64,000 nt of DNA from NCBI GenBank assembly GCA_963666515.2, contig OY762897.2, forward strand, positions 3,616,001 to 3,680,000, given 5' to 3'. The notes beneath the pieces are model-generated. The model ran no database searches. It was not told the origin of the DNA and saw nothing but the letters and a program-made list of their open reading frames with translations. Numbering within the stretch: position 1 is the stretch's first letter; every line of letters starts with the position of its first letter. The DNA comes from Candidatus Binatia bacterium. Lineage in GTDB: Bacteria > Desulfobacterota > Binatia > UBA9968 > JAJDTQ01. The position numbers and the translations under genes are program-made. Positions 30,837 to 45,572 of this stretch are shown in pieces.

Positions 30837-33800
30837 ATTCCGGCTTCTTCCGGGGCGGGGACGCCTTCGGGCGTCGCCGTTCGGGGGCGCAGCCATCTCC
30901 GGGCGATGGCCTTGGCGTCGTCGAGCATGGCGTAGAGGCAGGGCGTGAGGATCAGCGTCAGGATGGTGGCGAAGGAGAGCCCCCAGACCACCGAGATGGC
31001 CATGGGCGAGAGGAACTTGGCCTGGCCGGTGGCGAAGAAGGCCAGCGGCACGAGGCCGCCGACGGTGGTGACGGTGGTCAGCATGACCGGCCTCAGGCGC
31101 ACGACGCCGGACTGGATGATGGAGTCGTACGCCGAGGCGCCGTTTCTCCGGCTGCGGTTGATGAAGTCCACCAGGATGAGGGAATCGTTGACCACGACTC
31201 CGGCGAGGGCGATGAAGCCCAGGATGGACATGAAGCTCAGGTTCTCGCCCATGACGAGATGGCCGATCACGACGCCGCCCAGGGCGAAGGGGATCGCGGC
31301 CATGACGATGAACGGTTGAATGAACGATTTGAAGAGGGAGCCCAGCACGAAGTAGATGACGAACAGCGTGATCAGCGAGATCTGCGGCAGGGCGGCCAGC
31401 GACTCCTCCATCTCCTGCCGTTCGCCCTTGACCACCACCCGCTGCCCGGGATAGCGCCGGCCGGCGTCGGCAAAATGGCGCTTCAAGGCGTTCGTGGCCT
31501 CCACCACGGTGGTCTTCCCGGTCTCCACCTCGGCGAAGACGCTCAGCGTCCGCTTGCGGTCATCCCGGTTGATCTGGCTCGCGCTGATGCCGGTGCGGAG
31601 GTCGGCGACGTCGCGCAGGAAGACCCGCTCGCCGGAGGGCAGCGTGAGCTTCATCCGAGACACGGCGTCGACGCGGCTGCGCCGGTCCCGGGGGAACCGG
31701 ACGACGATGGGGACGTCCTCGTCTCCGCGCTGGATGCTCGAGGCTTCGACCCCCTGGAAGCCCTGCTGCACCTGGCGCGCGATGGACCTCAGATCGAGAC
31801 CCAGCGTGCGGCCTTCCGGCTTGAGGCTGATGCGAAGCTCCTCCTTGCCCGCCACCAGGTCGTCGCGGATGTCCCGTATCCCCGGCAGGGTCGCCAGGAA
31901 GCCCTTGACCTCCTCGGTCAGACGCCTGAGGCTTTCCAGGTCCTCGCCGATGACCCGCGCCTCGATGTCCGGCCCGCCGGGCCCGGCCTGGAGACCGAGG
32001 AACTGGAGCTTGGTGATGCCCGGTATGCGTTCCATCTTCCCCCGGAGATCGTCGATGACCTCGGCGGTCTTTCGGGTGCGGTCGTCGTGAAGCTCCAGTG
32101 TGAGCTGTCCCACGTTGCTTCCCTTCACCACCCGGTTCGCGTCCAGGAAGGCGGTGCCGACGGTCGTGGACAGGGACTTCAACTCGCTGTCAGGCAGACC
32201 CAGCGCGACGTTTTCGGCCTGAACGGCCACGGCCTCGGTGTCTTCCAGCTTGGCGTTGGCGGAAGTCTCGAAGTTCACGAAGAACTGGCTCGACTCGAAC
32301 TCGCGAAAGAGCACGAAGGGCACCCGGTACTGCGCCGCCACGGCCAGCAGCACGCTGGCCGCCACGATCACGCTCACCGCCACGTAACGCCAGCGGATCG
32401 CAAGTCCCAAGACCGTTTCGTAGACGCGGCGCAGGCCGGTCAGCCACAGGCGCTGGCCGCGCACGTGCAGGCGGCGGAGACCGGTCAGCCGCTCCCGACG
32501 GCGCAGCCGCGTAAGCCACAGACGCTCGTTGCGGCGCAACTTGCCGGCATAGCCGGGCGTGATGACGTCCGAGAGATGCGAGGGCAGGATGAACAGCACC
32601 TCCAGCAGCGAGAGCAGCAGCGCGAAGGTCACCACGATGGGGAGAGGCTCCAGGAAGACCCCCATGGTCCCCGGCAGCAGCAGGAACGGGACGAACGCGG
32701 CGACGGTGGTGAGCACCGTGGTGACCACCGGCCAGGCGACCTCGTAGGTGCCCTGGAGGGCCGCCTCCTTGGGGGACAGGCCCCCCTCGACGTAGCGGTA
32801 CACGTTTTCGGTCACGATGACGGCGTCGTCCACCAGCAGGCCCAGGACCAGGATCAGGCCGAAGGCGGAGATCATGTTGAGGCTGACGCCGAAAACCGAC
32901 ATCAGGACCAGGCAACCCAGCACCGCGAACGGAATCCCGAGGGAGGTCATCAGGGCGATCCGGCCGTGGACGAAGATGCAGAGCGTCGTGAGCACGATGG
33001 TCAGGCCGATGGCGCCGCTCTCGCCCAGGGTGCCCAGACGGTTTCGGATGTACACCGAGAAGTCGTTGAAGAGCCCGATGGAAACGGTCCCCGGCAAGGT
33101 CTTGCGGAACTCCGCCACGGCGCCGCGGACGCGTTTCGCCACGCTGATGGTGTCGCCGCTCCGCTCCTTGATGACCACGAGGTTGAGCGACGGCTTGCCG
33201 TCGAAACGCGCCAGCACCGTCGGGTCCTCGAAGGACTCGCGCACGCCGGCGACGTCCCCCACCGTGAGGGCGTGTCCGGTGTCGGTGGAACGGAGGATCA
33301 TGCGTTCCACGTCGGCCACGCCTCCGGCCACCCCCAGGGTCCGCACCAGGATCTCGCCGCGGGCGGTCTTGAGCGCGCCGCCGGGCACGTTGCGGTTCTG
33401 GTTGTCCACCGCGGCGCGAATCTCCTCCAGGCTCAGCCCGTACTGGTCCAGCCGCTCCGGCTCGACCTCGATGAGGATCCGGCTCTCGCGGATGCCGAAG
33501 ATCGACACGGTGGCGACGCCGTCCACGCGCCGGAGTTGATCCCGCAGGTCCTTGGCGATCTCCCGCAACTCCTGCTCCGGTATGTCGCCGCTCAGGGAGA
33601 CGGTGATGACCGGGAACGTGGACAGGACCTCGGTCACCCGGGGCTCGTCCGCTTCCTCCGGCAGGCCGGCCACCCGGTCCAGGGCCGCGCGCACGTCTCC
33701 CAGGGCGCGGCTCATCTCCGTGTCCGACTGCATCTGGAGGCGGATTTCGGACTCGCCCTCGCGGGAGCTGGAGAGCATCTCGTTGAGGCCGTCCACGTTG

Positions 33801-34018
33801 CGGACCCGGTCCTCGATCCGGGCGGTGATGAGCTCCTCCACCTCCTCGGGGGAGGCGCCCGCGTAGCGCGTGTCGATGCGGATCACCCGCCGGGAAAAGT
33901 CGGGGAACAGCTCTCGCGTGAGCCGGAGGAAGGACACCACGCCGGCGGTGACGATGAGCAGCACCAGCAGATTGACGACGACCGGGTTCTTGATGGAGAA
34001 CTCGATGATCTTCTTCAT
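30833..34018 (-). CDS. RND efflux transporter permease (AcrB/AcrD/AcrF family)
   Basis: GASPEEVE, GLLVDDAVIVTEN, GVVVNDSLILVD and RLRPVMLT; 1061 aa. Confidence 0.95.
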   Translation of the reverse strand: MKKIIEFSIKNPVVVNLLVLLIVTAGVVSFLRLTRELFPDFSRRVIRIDTRYAGASPEEVEELITARIEDRVRNVDGLNEMLSSSREGESEIRLQMQSDTEMSRALGDVRAALDRVAGLPEEADEPRVTEVLSTFPVITVSLSGDIPEQELREIAKDLRDQLRRVDGVATVSIFGIRESRILIEVEPERLDQYGLSLEEIRAAVDNQNRNVPGGALKTARGEILVRTLGVAGGVADVERMILRSTDTGHALTVGDVAGVRESFEDPTVLARFDGKPSLNLVVIKERSGDTISVAKRVRGAVAEFRKTLPGTVSIGLFNDFSVYIRNRLGTLGESGAIGLTIVLTTLCIFVHGRIALMTSLGIPFAVLGCLVLMSVFGVSLNMISAFGLILVLGLLVDDAVIVTENVYRYVEGGLSPKEAALQGTYEVAWPVVTTVLTTVAAFVPFLLLPGTMGVFLEPLPIVVTFALLLSLLEVLFILPSHLSDVITPGYAGKLRRNERLWLTRLRRRERLTGLRRLHVRGQRLWLTGLRRVYETVLGLAIRWRYVAVSVIVAASVLLAVAAQYRVPFVLFREFESSQFFVNFETSANAKLEDTEAVAVQAENVALGLPDSELKSLSTTVGTAFLDANRVVKGSNVGQLTLELHDDRTRKTAEVIDDLRGKMERIPGITKLQFLGLQAGPGGPDIEARVIGEDLESLRRLTEEVKGFLATLPGIRDIRDDLVAGKEELRISLKPEGRTLGLDLRSIARQVQQGFQGVEASSIQRGDEDVPIVVRFPRDRRSRVDAVSRMKLTLPSGERVFLRDVADLRTGISASQINRDDRKRTLSVFAEVETGKTTVVEATNALKRHFADAGRRYPGQRVVVKGERQEMEESLAALPQISLITLFVIYFVLGSLFKSFIQPFIVMAAIPFALGGVVIGHLVMGENLSFMSILGFIALAGVVVNDSLILVDFINRSRRNGASAYDSIIQSGVVRLRPVMLTTVTTVGGLVPLAFFATGQAKFLSPMAISVVWGLSFATILTLILTPCLYAMLDDAKAIARRWLRPRTATPEGVPAPEEAGI

Positions 34019-35268
34019 GAGGCCAGATCCCGGCGCGTGACCACGCGGATGCGGGCGCCGTCCAGCAGCAGGCGCTGTCCCGCGGTCACGAGGAGGTCGC
34101 CCGGCTCAAGGCCCGCGGCAACCAGGTAGCGCGGCCCGAACCGTCCGGCAAGGAGCACCGCGCGCCGCGCGGCGAGGCCCGAATCCGGGTCGGCCACGAA
34201 GACGGCCGGCTTCCCGTCCTCGAAGACGACGCTCTCCCGGGGGATCAGGATCGCCCCGGGATAGTCGCGGACCGGGATGACGGCCCGGGCGAACATGCCG
34301 GGAAGGAGCTTGCGGGCGGGAAGGTTGGGGATCAGTATCTCCACCGGAAAAGAGCGGGTCCGCTGGTCCGCCTGCGGGCCGATGTTGGCCACGCGTCCGC
34401 TGAATGCTTCTTCCAACCCCTGCACCCGGACGTCGGCCGCGACCTGATCGCCGAGGCGGTGGATGTCCCCGGCCGGGATGCGTACGTCGAGCTTCACCGT
34501 CTCGATGTCAGCCAGTTGAAAGAGCAACTGTCCGGGAGCGACGCGCTCCCCCAGCGTCACGCTCTTGCGGGCGATGACGCCGGCGAAGGGCGCGCGGATC
34601 TCGGCGTCGCTCAGGGTTTCCCGCGCCTGCTCCAGTTGAACGTCGGCCAGGGCCAGGTCCGCCCGGGCGATAGCGTGCAGCGCTTCCGTCTCCTGCTCGC
34701 CGCTCCGGGCCGACTCCAACTCCTCCTCGATGCGCCGCCAGGCCAGCTCCTGCCGCTCCGCCTCCTGGCTGGAAACCAGCCCCTGCTTCAGAAGCTTCTC
34801 GAGCCGCGCGTGCTCGGCGCGCGCCAGCCGCAACTGTTCACGGTTGAGCCGCACCAGCTTGCGCTGCCGTTCGATGTCCACCGCGGCCTTGCGCACCCTC
34901 GCCCTTGCGCTGGCCACCTGCGCCGCGGCTTTGCGGACGGCGATCTCGAAGTCCGTGGTATCCACCTGCGCGAGCAACTCGCCGGTCCGCACCACGCTGC
35001 CGAGATCGATGCCCGCGGGAATCGCCACGATCCGCCCGCTGATCTCGGCGCTTACCGGACCCTCGCGCACCGCGGAGATGGTCCCCAGCGCCTCGATCCG
35101 GTGCACGAAGTCCGCGGCCACCACCGCGGCCACCTCCACCGGCACAGGCGCGGCCTGCGGTTCGACCAGAGGCTTCTTCTCGACGTCGCTGATCACGTAC
35201 ACGCCCACCGCGGTGACCGCGCTCACCAGCAGGATCAGCAATATCGACACGGCGATGCGGATCTTCAT
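34015..35268 (-). CDS. RND periplasmic adaptor (membrane fusion protein)
   Basis: N-terminal TM, lipoyl halves (SAEISGRI.., IRAPFAGVI), long coiled coil and LLPGMFARA; start ATG 35268. Confidence 0.92.
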   Translation of the reverse strand: MKIRIAVSILLILLVSAVTAVGVYVISDVEKKPLVEPQAAPVPVEVAAVVAADFVHRIEALGTISAVREGPVSAEISGRIVAIPAGIDLGSVVRTGELLAQVDTTDFEIAVRKAAAQVASARARVRKAAVDIERQRKLVRLNREQLRLARAEHARLEKLLKQGLVSSQEAERQELAWRRIEEELESARSGEQETEALHAIARADLALADVQLEQARETLSDAEIRAPFAGVIARKSVTLGERVAPGQLLFQLADIETVKLDVRIPAGDIHRLGDQVAADVRVQGLEEAFSGRVANIGPQADQRTRSFPVEILIPNLPARKLLPGMFARAVIPVRDYPGAILIPRESVVFEDGKPAVFVADPDSGLAARRAVLLAGRFGPRYLVAAGLEPGDLLVTAGQRLLLDGARIRVVTRRDLAS

Positions 35269-35864
35269 TCCAGGCTCCTCATCACCGCCCGTGTCAGGGC
35301 TTCCGTCATCTCGTCCAGGTCGAAGGCCTCCTGGTCGTAGAGCCAGTGCAGCGCCAGCCCGTCGACGCAGGCGAGGATGTGCTCGGCAGCGAGCCTGGGA
35401 TGGTCGCAGTGGAAGAAACCGCCGGCGACGCCGGCCTCGACCACCAGCACCAGGTCGTCGATGGAGGACTTGTAGGCGTCCCGCAACTGCATGCGCAGGA
35501 GGCTCTGCTGCTCGGCCCGGCCGGCCTCGGCCCAGACGTCGCAGAAGACGTAGAAGAAGGGCTCCCATTCACGGAAGCTGGCGAGCGCCGCGGCCAGGAA
35601 GCCCCCGATGATCCGGGGCGGCTCCTCGATCCCGTGCAGCTTCTCCGCGTAGTATTCCTTGAGCTTCGCCAGCATGTAGCCGTGAAGCGACTGAAGGAGC
35701 TGGTGCTTGCTCTCGAAGTACTCGTAGATGGTCCCCTTGCCGATCCCGGCCTCGACCGCGACTTCCTCCATCTTCGAGCGATGGAAGCCCTTGCGGGCAA
35801 AGACCGTCATGGCCGCTTCCAGGATCTCGGCGCGCTTGCGCTCCTTGTCGACAACGATAGGCAT
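35265..35864 (-). CDS. TetR/AcrR family transcriptional regulator
   Basis: ILEAAMTVFARKGF...VAVEAGIGKGTIYEYFESK. Confidence 0.95.
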   Translation of the reverse strand: MPIVVDKERKRAEILEAAMTVFARKGFHRSKMEEVAVEAGIGKGTIYEYFESKHQLLQSLHGYMLAKLKEYYAEKLHGIEEPPRIIGGFLAAALASFREWEPFFYVFCDVWAEAGRAEQQSLLRMQLRDAYKSSIDDLVLVVEAGVAGGFFHCDHPRLAAEHILACVDGLALHWLYDQEAFDLDEMTEALTRAVMRSLE

Positions 35865-35870
35865 TTTCGG

Positions 35871-35922
35871 TTGACCGGCCAGCCGGTCAATTAAAACTAC
35901 GCATTGAATGCAAGCAAGTCAA
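35871..35922 (-). promoter_or_regulatory. Promoter and palindromic TetR operator
   Basis: TTGACT-17 nt-TAGTTT followed by perfect palindrome TTGACCGGC-CA-GCCGGTCAA (35871-35890) just before the tetR ATG. Confidence 0.8.
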
Positions 35923-35947
35923 TAGGGTCCTTCAACGCACGACTACT

Positions 35948-36802
35948 TCACTGTTCGTCTGCGGCGGGTTCGGAGTCCGGCGCCTTCCGGTCCCCTTCGG
36001 GAATGATCAGGAGCCGGCGGTAAGCGCCCTGGCCAAGGCTCTTGGTGGTGACCCAGGGGTCGTCCTTCAGCGCCAGATGAACGACGCGCCGGTCACGGGC
36101 GCTGAGGGCGTCGATCCCCTGGGTCTTGCGGCTGCGCTTGGCCTTCTCGCCCATGCGCAACGCCATGTCCTCCAGGGACCTCACGCGCCTCCCGCGGTAG
36201 TCTTCCGCGTCGACAACGGGCTGGGGTCCGTCCGAGCCGACCTTGTCGGCCACGATACGGCTCACGATGTGCTGGAGCGCCTCCAGGGTCTGACCCCGCC
36301 GTCCGATCAGCAGGGCGCCGCTGTCGCCTTGTATGTCGAGGACGAACTCCGTCGAGCCGGTGCCGGGCTTGACCGCCACCTTCGCGGACACGCCCATGAG
36401 GCGGAGTATCTCGGAGAGCACATCCACGCCCACCTTGCGGGCCTCCGCCAGGCGCTCTTCGGCCTCCGCGGGGTCTTCGGGAGCCTCTTCTTCGGGAGCG
36501 AGTCCTTCGGACGAGGGCTCCTCGGACGCGTCCTCCGCGAAGACCGCCTCTTCCGCGGCCGGCGCCGCGGCTTCCTTCGCCGGCGCCTCGGCGTCGGCCG
36601 GCCCTTCCTCCGGCGCGACCGCGACGGCCTCCCGGACGGTGGCCCGGACCCGTGCGTTCTGGCGGCCGAAACCCAGCACGCCCACCTTTTCCTCCGCCAG
36701 GATGTCCAGGGATACCTTGTCCCGCTCCACCCCAAGCAGGTTCAGCGCCTTGGTGATGGCTTCGTCAAGGGTCTCTCCTTCCGTCTCGACTTGCTTCATC
36801 AC
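35948..36802 (-). CDS. jag: Jag/EloR/KhpB RNA-binding protein
   Basis: Jag_N domain, KH motif LIGRRGQTLEALQ and R3H motif RDRRVVH; follows yidC. Confidence 0.94.
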   Translation of the reverse strand: MMKQVETEGETLDEAITKALNLLGVERDKVSLDILAEEKVGVLGFGRQNARVRATVREAVAVAPEEGPADAEAPAKEAAAPAAEEAVFAEDASEEPSSEGLAPEEEAPEDPAEAEERLAEARKVGVDVLSEILRLMGVSAKVAVKPGTGSTEFVLDIQGDSGALLIGRRGQTLEALQHIVSRIVADKVGSDGPQPVVDAEDYRGRRVRSLEDMALRMGEKAKRSRKTQGIDALSARDRRVVHLALKDDPWVTTKSLGQGAYRRLLIIPEGDRKAPDSEPAADEQ

Positions 36803-36853
36803 AAACCTCTCCTCCGCGGAGCGCCACGGGCCGGCGCCGTCGGGCGCAGTCCG

Positions 36854-38500
36854 TCAACGCTCTTTTCGGTTGATCAAGTATTGTTGAAGGATGCTCAGCA
36901 GATTGTTGACGAACCAGTAGATCGTGAGCCCCGACGGGAAGCTCACGAAGATCACGGTAAAGATCAGCGGCATGAGCATCATCATGCGCCGCTGGTTGGC
37001 GTCGCCGATGGCCGGCGACATCCACTGCTGGATGAACATGCTCGCGCCCATGAGCAGCACCAGCACGGGAATGCCGACGTCGAAGCCGAAGGCCGAGAAC
37101 GGGAGCGACTCCCAGTCCGGACGCGACAGGTCCTTGATCCACAGGAAGCTCGCGTGACGCAACTCGATGGGCGTCAGCAGCGCGTTGTAGAAGCCGATGA
37201 AGAAGGGGAACTGCAGGAGCATGGGCAGACAGCTCCCGAACGGATTCACCTTGTTCCGCTTGTAGAGGTCCATCATCTCCTTGTTCAGCCGCTGCTTGTC
37301 TTCGCCGAACTTGTCCTTGAGCCGCTGCATCTGCGGCTGGAGCTTCTGCATCCGTTTCATGGAGACGAAGCTCTTCTGGGTCAGCGGCCACAGCAGCAGC
37401 TTGATGATGAGCGTGAGCAGGATGATGTCGAGACCGTAGTTCCCGGTGTACGTCTGAAAGAAATGCAGCGCCTGGAGCATCGGCACCGAGATGAAGGCGA
37501 AGTAGCCGAAGTCGATGGACTCCTCGAGGCCGCGGTCGAAGGACTCCAGCAGGCTCAGCACCTTGGGTCCCATGAAGAGCCGGTAGCGGGCAGCGGGCTC
37601 CCCGCTCGAAAGGACCCGGCCGCGGGTTTCCATCACGAAGCCCCGGTCCCGGCCGGTAGCGGGCGCCACGGTCGCGTCGGCCTCCAATCCGTCCGCGGGG
37701 ATGAGCGCGGAAACGAAGTAGGTGTATCCGAAAGCCGTCCACGTCAGCGGCGCGTTCAGGTTGAGCCGGGTTTCGATGTCGTCCGGCCATTCGCGGGTGA
37801 CCTCCCCCTCGCGCAGCGCGATCACTCCCTCGAACAGGGCATCCTTCTTGACGCCCTTGGACTCGCCGCTGGTGGTGAACAGCAACACGGCGCCCTGCCC
37901 CGACCCGCCGATCGACACGCCGACCTCCACGGCATGGCTGGAACCGTTGAAGGTGAACTCCTTGACCACGCGGCGGCCCGACGGCGTCGAGCCGGCGAAG
38001 GTGAGCCTCCCGTCACGGCCCGCCCCGAGGTTCAGGTCGCCGCCCCGGACCTGGTAGACGATGCCCTGATCGGTGCCGGAGGGCGTGTCGTCCAGGCGGA
38101 GCCCCAGGGGATATTCCATCCCCGGTCCCTGGGAAACCATCTCGATCAACGGGCTGCCGGCCTCCACCCCGGCACGGTAGCGCTTCAGGCGAAAGCTCTT
38201 GATGCGGGCTCCCTGGTTGGTGAACCGCGCGATGTAGTCGGGGGTCTCCACGGTAACGTCCCGCACCGGGACGGCCGGGACCTTCCGGGCAGTCGCGACC
38301 GCAGGCGCCGCCGGGGCCGCGGCGGGCGCCGGCTGCTGAACCGGGGCCACCGCCGGAGCCGGGGCCGCCTTCCCTGGCCTGGAGGCCGTTTCCTCTTTCG
38401 CGGGGGGCTGCACCGGCGGATAGAACCGCCTCATGTACTCCTGGTACAGGATGATGATGAGGATCGAGACGATGACTGCTATGAAGGCTCGCTTTTCCAT
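36854..38500 (-). CDS. yidC: Membrane protein insertase YidC
   Basis: IDFGYF, GNYGLDIILLT, SMKRMQKLQP, CLPMLLQ and GLTIYW. Confidence 0.97.
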   Translation of the reverse strand: MEKRAFIAVIVSILIIILYQEYMRRFYPPVQPPAKEETASRPGKAAPAPAVAPVQQPAPAAAPAAPAVATARKVPAVPVRDVTVETPDYIARFTNQGARIKSFRLKRYRAGVEAGSPLIEMVSQGPGMEYPLGLRLDDTPSGTDQGIVYQVRGGDLNLGAGRDGRLTFAGSTPSGRRVVKEFTFNGSSHAVEVGVSIGGSGQGAVLLFTTSGESKGVKKDALFEGVIALREGEVTREWPDDIETRLNLNAPLTWTAFGYTYFVSALIPADGLEADATVAPATGRDRGFVMETRGRVLSSGEPAARYRLFMGPKVLSLLESFDRGLEESIDFGYFAFISVPMLQALHFFQTYTGNYGLDIILLTLIIKLLLWPLTQKSFVSMKRMQKLQPQMQRLKDKFGEDKQRLNKEMMDLYKRNKVNPFGSCLPMLLQFPFFIGFYNALLTPIELRHASFLWIKDLSRPDWESLPFSAFGFDVGIPVLVLLMGASMFIQQWMSPAIGDANQRRMMMLMPLIFTVIFVSFPSGLTIYWFVNNLLSILQQYLINRKER

Positions 38501-38506
38501 GGATAC

Positions 38507-38728
38507 TTACGGGACCGGGTCGTACCCGCCGTCGGTGAGCGGATTGCAACGCAGAAGCCGCCAGGCGCCGAGGCCAAGCCCCTTCACGACGCCGTGACGG
38601 CGCACCGCCTGCAACGCGTAGGCGGAGCAGGTCGGATAGTACCGGCAGCAGCGCGGCAGCAGCGGCGAAAGAAAGCGCTGGTAGGCCCTGATGGGGATCT
38701 GCACGGCGGTACGGGCGATGGTGTTCAT
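38507..38728 (-). CDS. yidD: Membrane protein insertion efficiency factor YidD
   Basis: [21 protein letters not shown] and GGYDPVP. Confidence 0.95.
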   Translation of the reverse strand: MNTIARTAVQIPIRAYQRFLSPLLPRCCRYYPTCSAYALQAVRRHGVVKGLGLGAWRLLRCNPLTDGGYDPVP

Positions 38729-38732
38729 GGGA

Positions 38733-39107
38733 TCATCGGGGCTGCATGCCGGGGTGGCGCTGGAGGCCGGGGCCGATGGCCTTGCGGAGCTCCGCGGTCA
38801 TGGCCGCGTGACTCAACTCTCCCGCTCCTCTGCGGGCTATGACGACCGTATCCTGGTGGTCGCGGAAACTCTCCCGTCCGCGACGGAAGAACTCGCGCAA
38901 CCCCCGCTTCACGCGGTTGCGCACCACCGCGTTCCCCACCTTGGAGCTGACCGTGACTCCCAGCCGTTTACCCAGATGGTCGTTGTCTCGTCGGATGATG
39001 ATGAAGTGCGGCGTGTGGGACTTCCTGCCCCTGCGTGACAGCAGCAGGAACTCGGAACGTCTGGTCAGGCGGGCTTCCTTGGGGAAACCCTCGCGGACAC
39101 AGGGCAA
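38733..39107 (-). CDS. rnpA: Ribonuclease P protein component
   Basis: [21 protein letters not shown]. Confidence 0.95.
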   Translation of the reverse strand: MPCVREGFPKEARLTRRSEFLLLSRRGRKSHTPHFIIIRRDNDHLGKRLGVTVSSKVGNAVVRNRVKRGLREFFRRGRESFRDHQDTVVIARRGAGELSHAAMTAELRKAIGPGLQRHPGMQPR

Positions 39108-39116
39108 CGGCCTGTC

Positions 39117-39278
39117 CTAGGAACGAGGACCCTTGGGTGGGATGACGACGGTCAACCGCTTTCTTCCCTTGGCCCTCCGGCGCTTCAGCACATTGCGGCC
39201 GCCGGGGGTCTCCATCCGCGCGAAAAAACCGTGGGTTCTCTTTCGCCTGAGATTGCTCGGTTGATAAGTCCGTTTCAT
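39117..39278 (-). CDS. rpmH: 50S ribosomal protein L34
   Basis: Manual translation: [53 protein letters not shown] (below the ORF track cutoff). Confidence 0.97.
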   Translation of the reverse strand: MKRTYQPSNLRRKRTHGFFARMETPGGRNVLKRRRAKGRKRLTVVIPPKGPRS

Positions 39279-39394
39279 TTCCGCACCTTCATTTTTCGGT
39301 CACATCTTTCAAGCATACGCCGGGTGGCTTGTCAATTTGCGTTGGGTGGGGCCAAGTCCGCCGCCCCAACCCGCCGAGTACCGGCCGCCGAGTC

Positions 39395-40390
39395 TCAGTC
39401 CGCCTCCGCCTTCTGGGTGCGGCCCATGAGGTCGCGGACAGCCTGCATGGGGGCTTTGTCCTCGTAGAGGACACCGTACATCTGCTCCACAATGGGCATC
39501 TCGACTCCATGCCGCCGGGCCAGGAGGTGGACGGTGCGGGTGTTGCGGATGCCCTCGGCGACCATCCGGGTTCCCGCGACGATGTCTGCGAGCCGGCGTC
39601 CCTGGCCCAGGTCGAAGCCGACCTTGCGGTTGCGGCTCAGTTGGCCGGTGCAGGTGAGCACGAGGTCGCCGAGGCCCGGAAGTCCGGCGAGCGTCACCGG
39701 ATCGGCGCCCATCTTCACCGCCAGACGGGTCATTTCCGCCAGCCCGCGGGTGATGAGCGCGGCCCGGGCGTTGTGCCCGAGTTCCAGGCCGTCGCTGACT
39801 CCGGCGGCGATGGCGATGACGTTCTTGATCACGCCGCCCATCTGCACTCCCAGGACGTCTGTTGACGTATAGACCCGGAATTCCGGGGAACCGAGGCTTT
39901 GCTGCACCTCGGCCGCGGCGTTGTGGTCGGTGCTCGCCACGGTGATGGCGGCCGGCCGGCCCTGTGCCACCTCCAGGGCGAAAGTGGGGCCGGAGAGGAA
40001 GGTGTGACGTCGGGAGTTGCCCAGCACCTCCGCCAGCACATCGCCCATGGTCATCAGCGTCGACTCCTCGATTCCCTTGGAGCCGCACGCCACGATGACT
40101 TCGGGCGCCACGAACGGCGCGGCCCGGCTCATGACCTCACGCAGGAAATGGGACGGGGTCACACAAATAAGCAGGTCCCGGCCGGATGCCGCGGCTTCCA
40201 GAGAATCGGTGACATCGAGGCGGTCAGGCAGCTTGACGCCGGGCAGGTAGACGGCGTTCTCGCCGGCCTCCCGGATCCGCGCGAGGGTTTCCGCGGAGTG
40301 GCACCACATGGCCACGTCGTCGTGTTTCCTGCACAGCAGCACCGCCAGGGCCGTGCCCCAGCCGCCAGCGCCTATGATGCCGATGGACAT
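39395..40390 (-). CDS. gpsA: NAD(P)H-dependent glycerol-3-phosphate dehydrogenase
   Basis: IGAGGWGTALA, SKGIE, LSGPTFA, KNVIAIAAG and GLGDLVLTC. Confidence 0.96.
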   Translation of the reverse strand: MSIGIIGAGGWGTALAVLLCRKHDDVAMWCHSAETLARIREAGENAVYLPGVKLPDRLDVTDSLEAAASGRDLLICVTPSHFLREVMSRAAPFVAPEVIVACGSKGIEESTLMTMGDVLAEVLGNSRRHTFLSGPTFALEVAQGRPAAITVASTDHNAAAEVQQSLGSPEFRVYTSTDVLGVQMGGVIKNVIAIAAGVSDGLELGHNARAALITRGLAEMTRLAVKMGADPVTLAGLPGLGDLVLTCTGQLSRNRKVGFDLGQGRRLADIVAGTRMVAEGIRNTRTVHLLARRHGVEMPIVEQMYGVLYEDKAPMQAVRDLMGRTQKAEAD

Positions 40391-40455
40391 TCCGGGAATC
40401 CGGAGAGTTTTGGGCCTGACCGAGTCGTCAGGACAAATTCCAGTGTCCTGCCCGG

Positions 40456-42924
<2,469 letters not shown>

Positions 42925-42945
42925 GGCGCGGGAGGGAACTGAGGA

Positions 42946-45453
<2,508 letters not shown>

Positions 45454-45572
45454 TCACGGAGGAGGCTCGGTAGAACACCAAGCATGAAGAATAATAGCAT
45501 TTCCGGGCCGCCAATGCCAACCGGAGCGGGGCTCGGATGGTTCATGGCGGCCTCGTTGGAGGGGGAGCTGTG

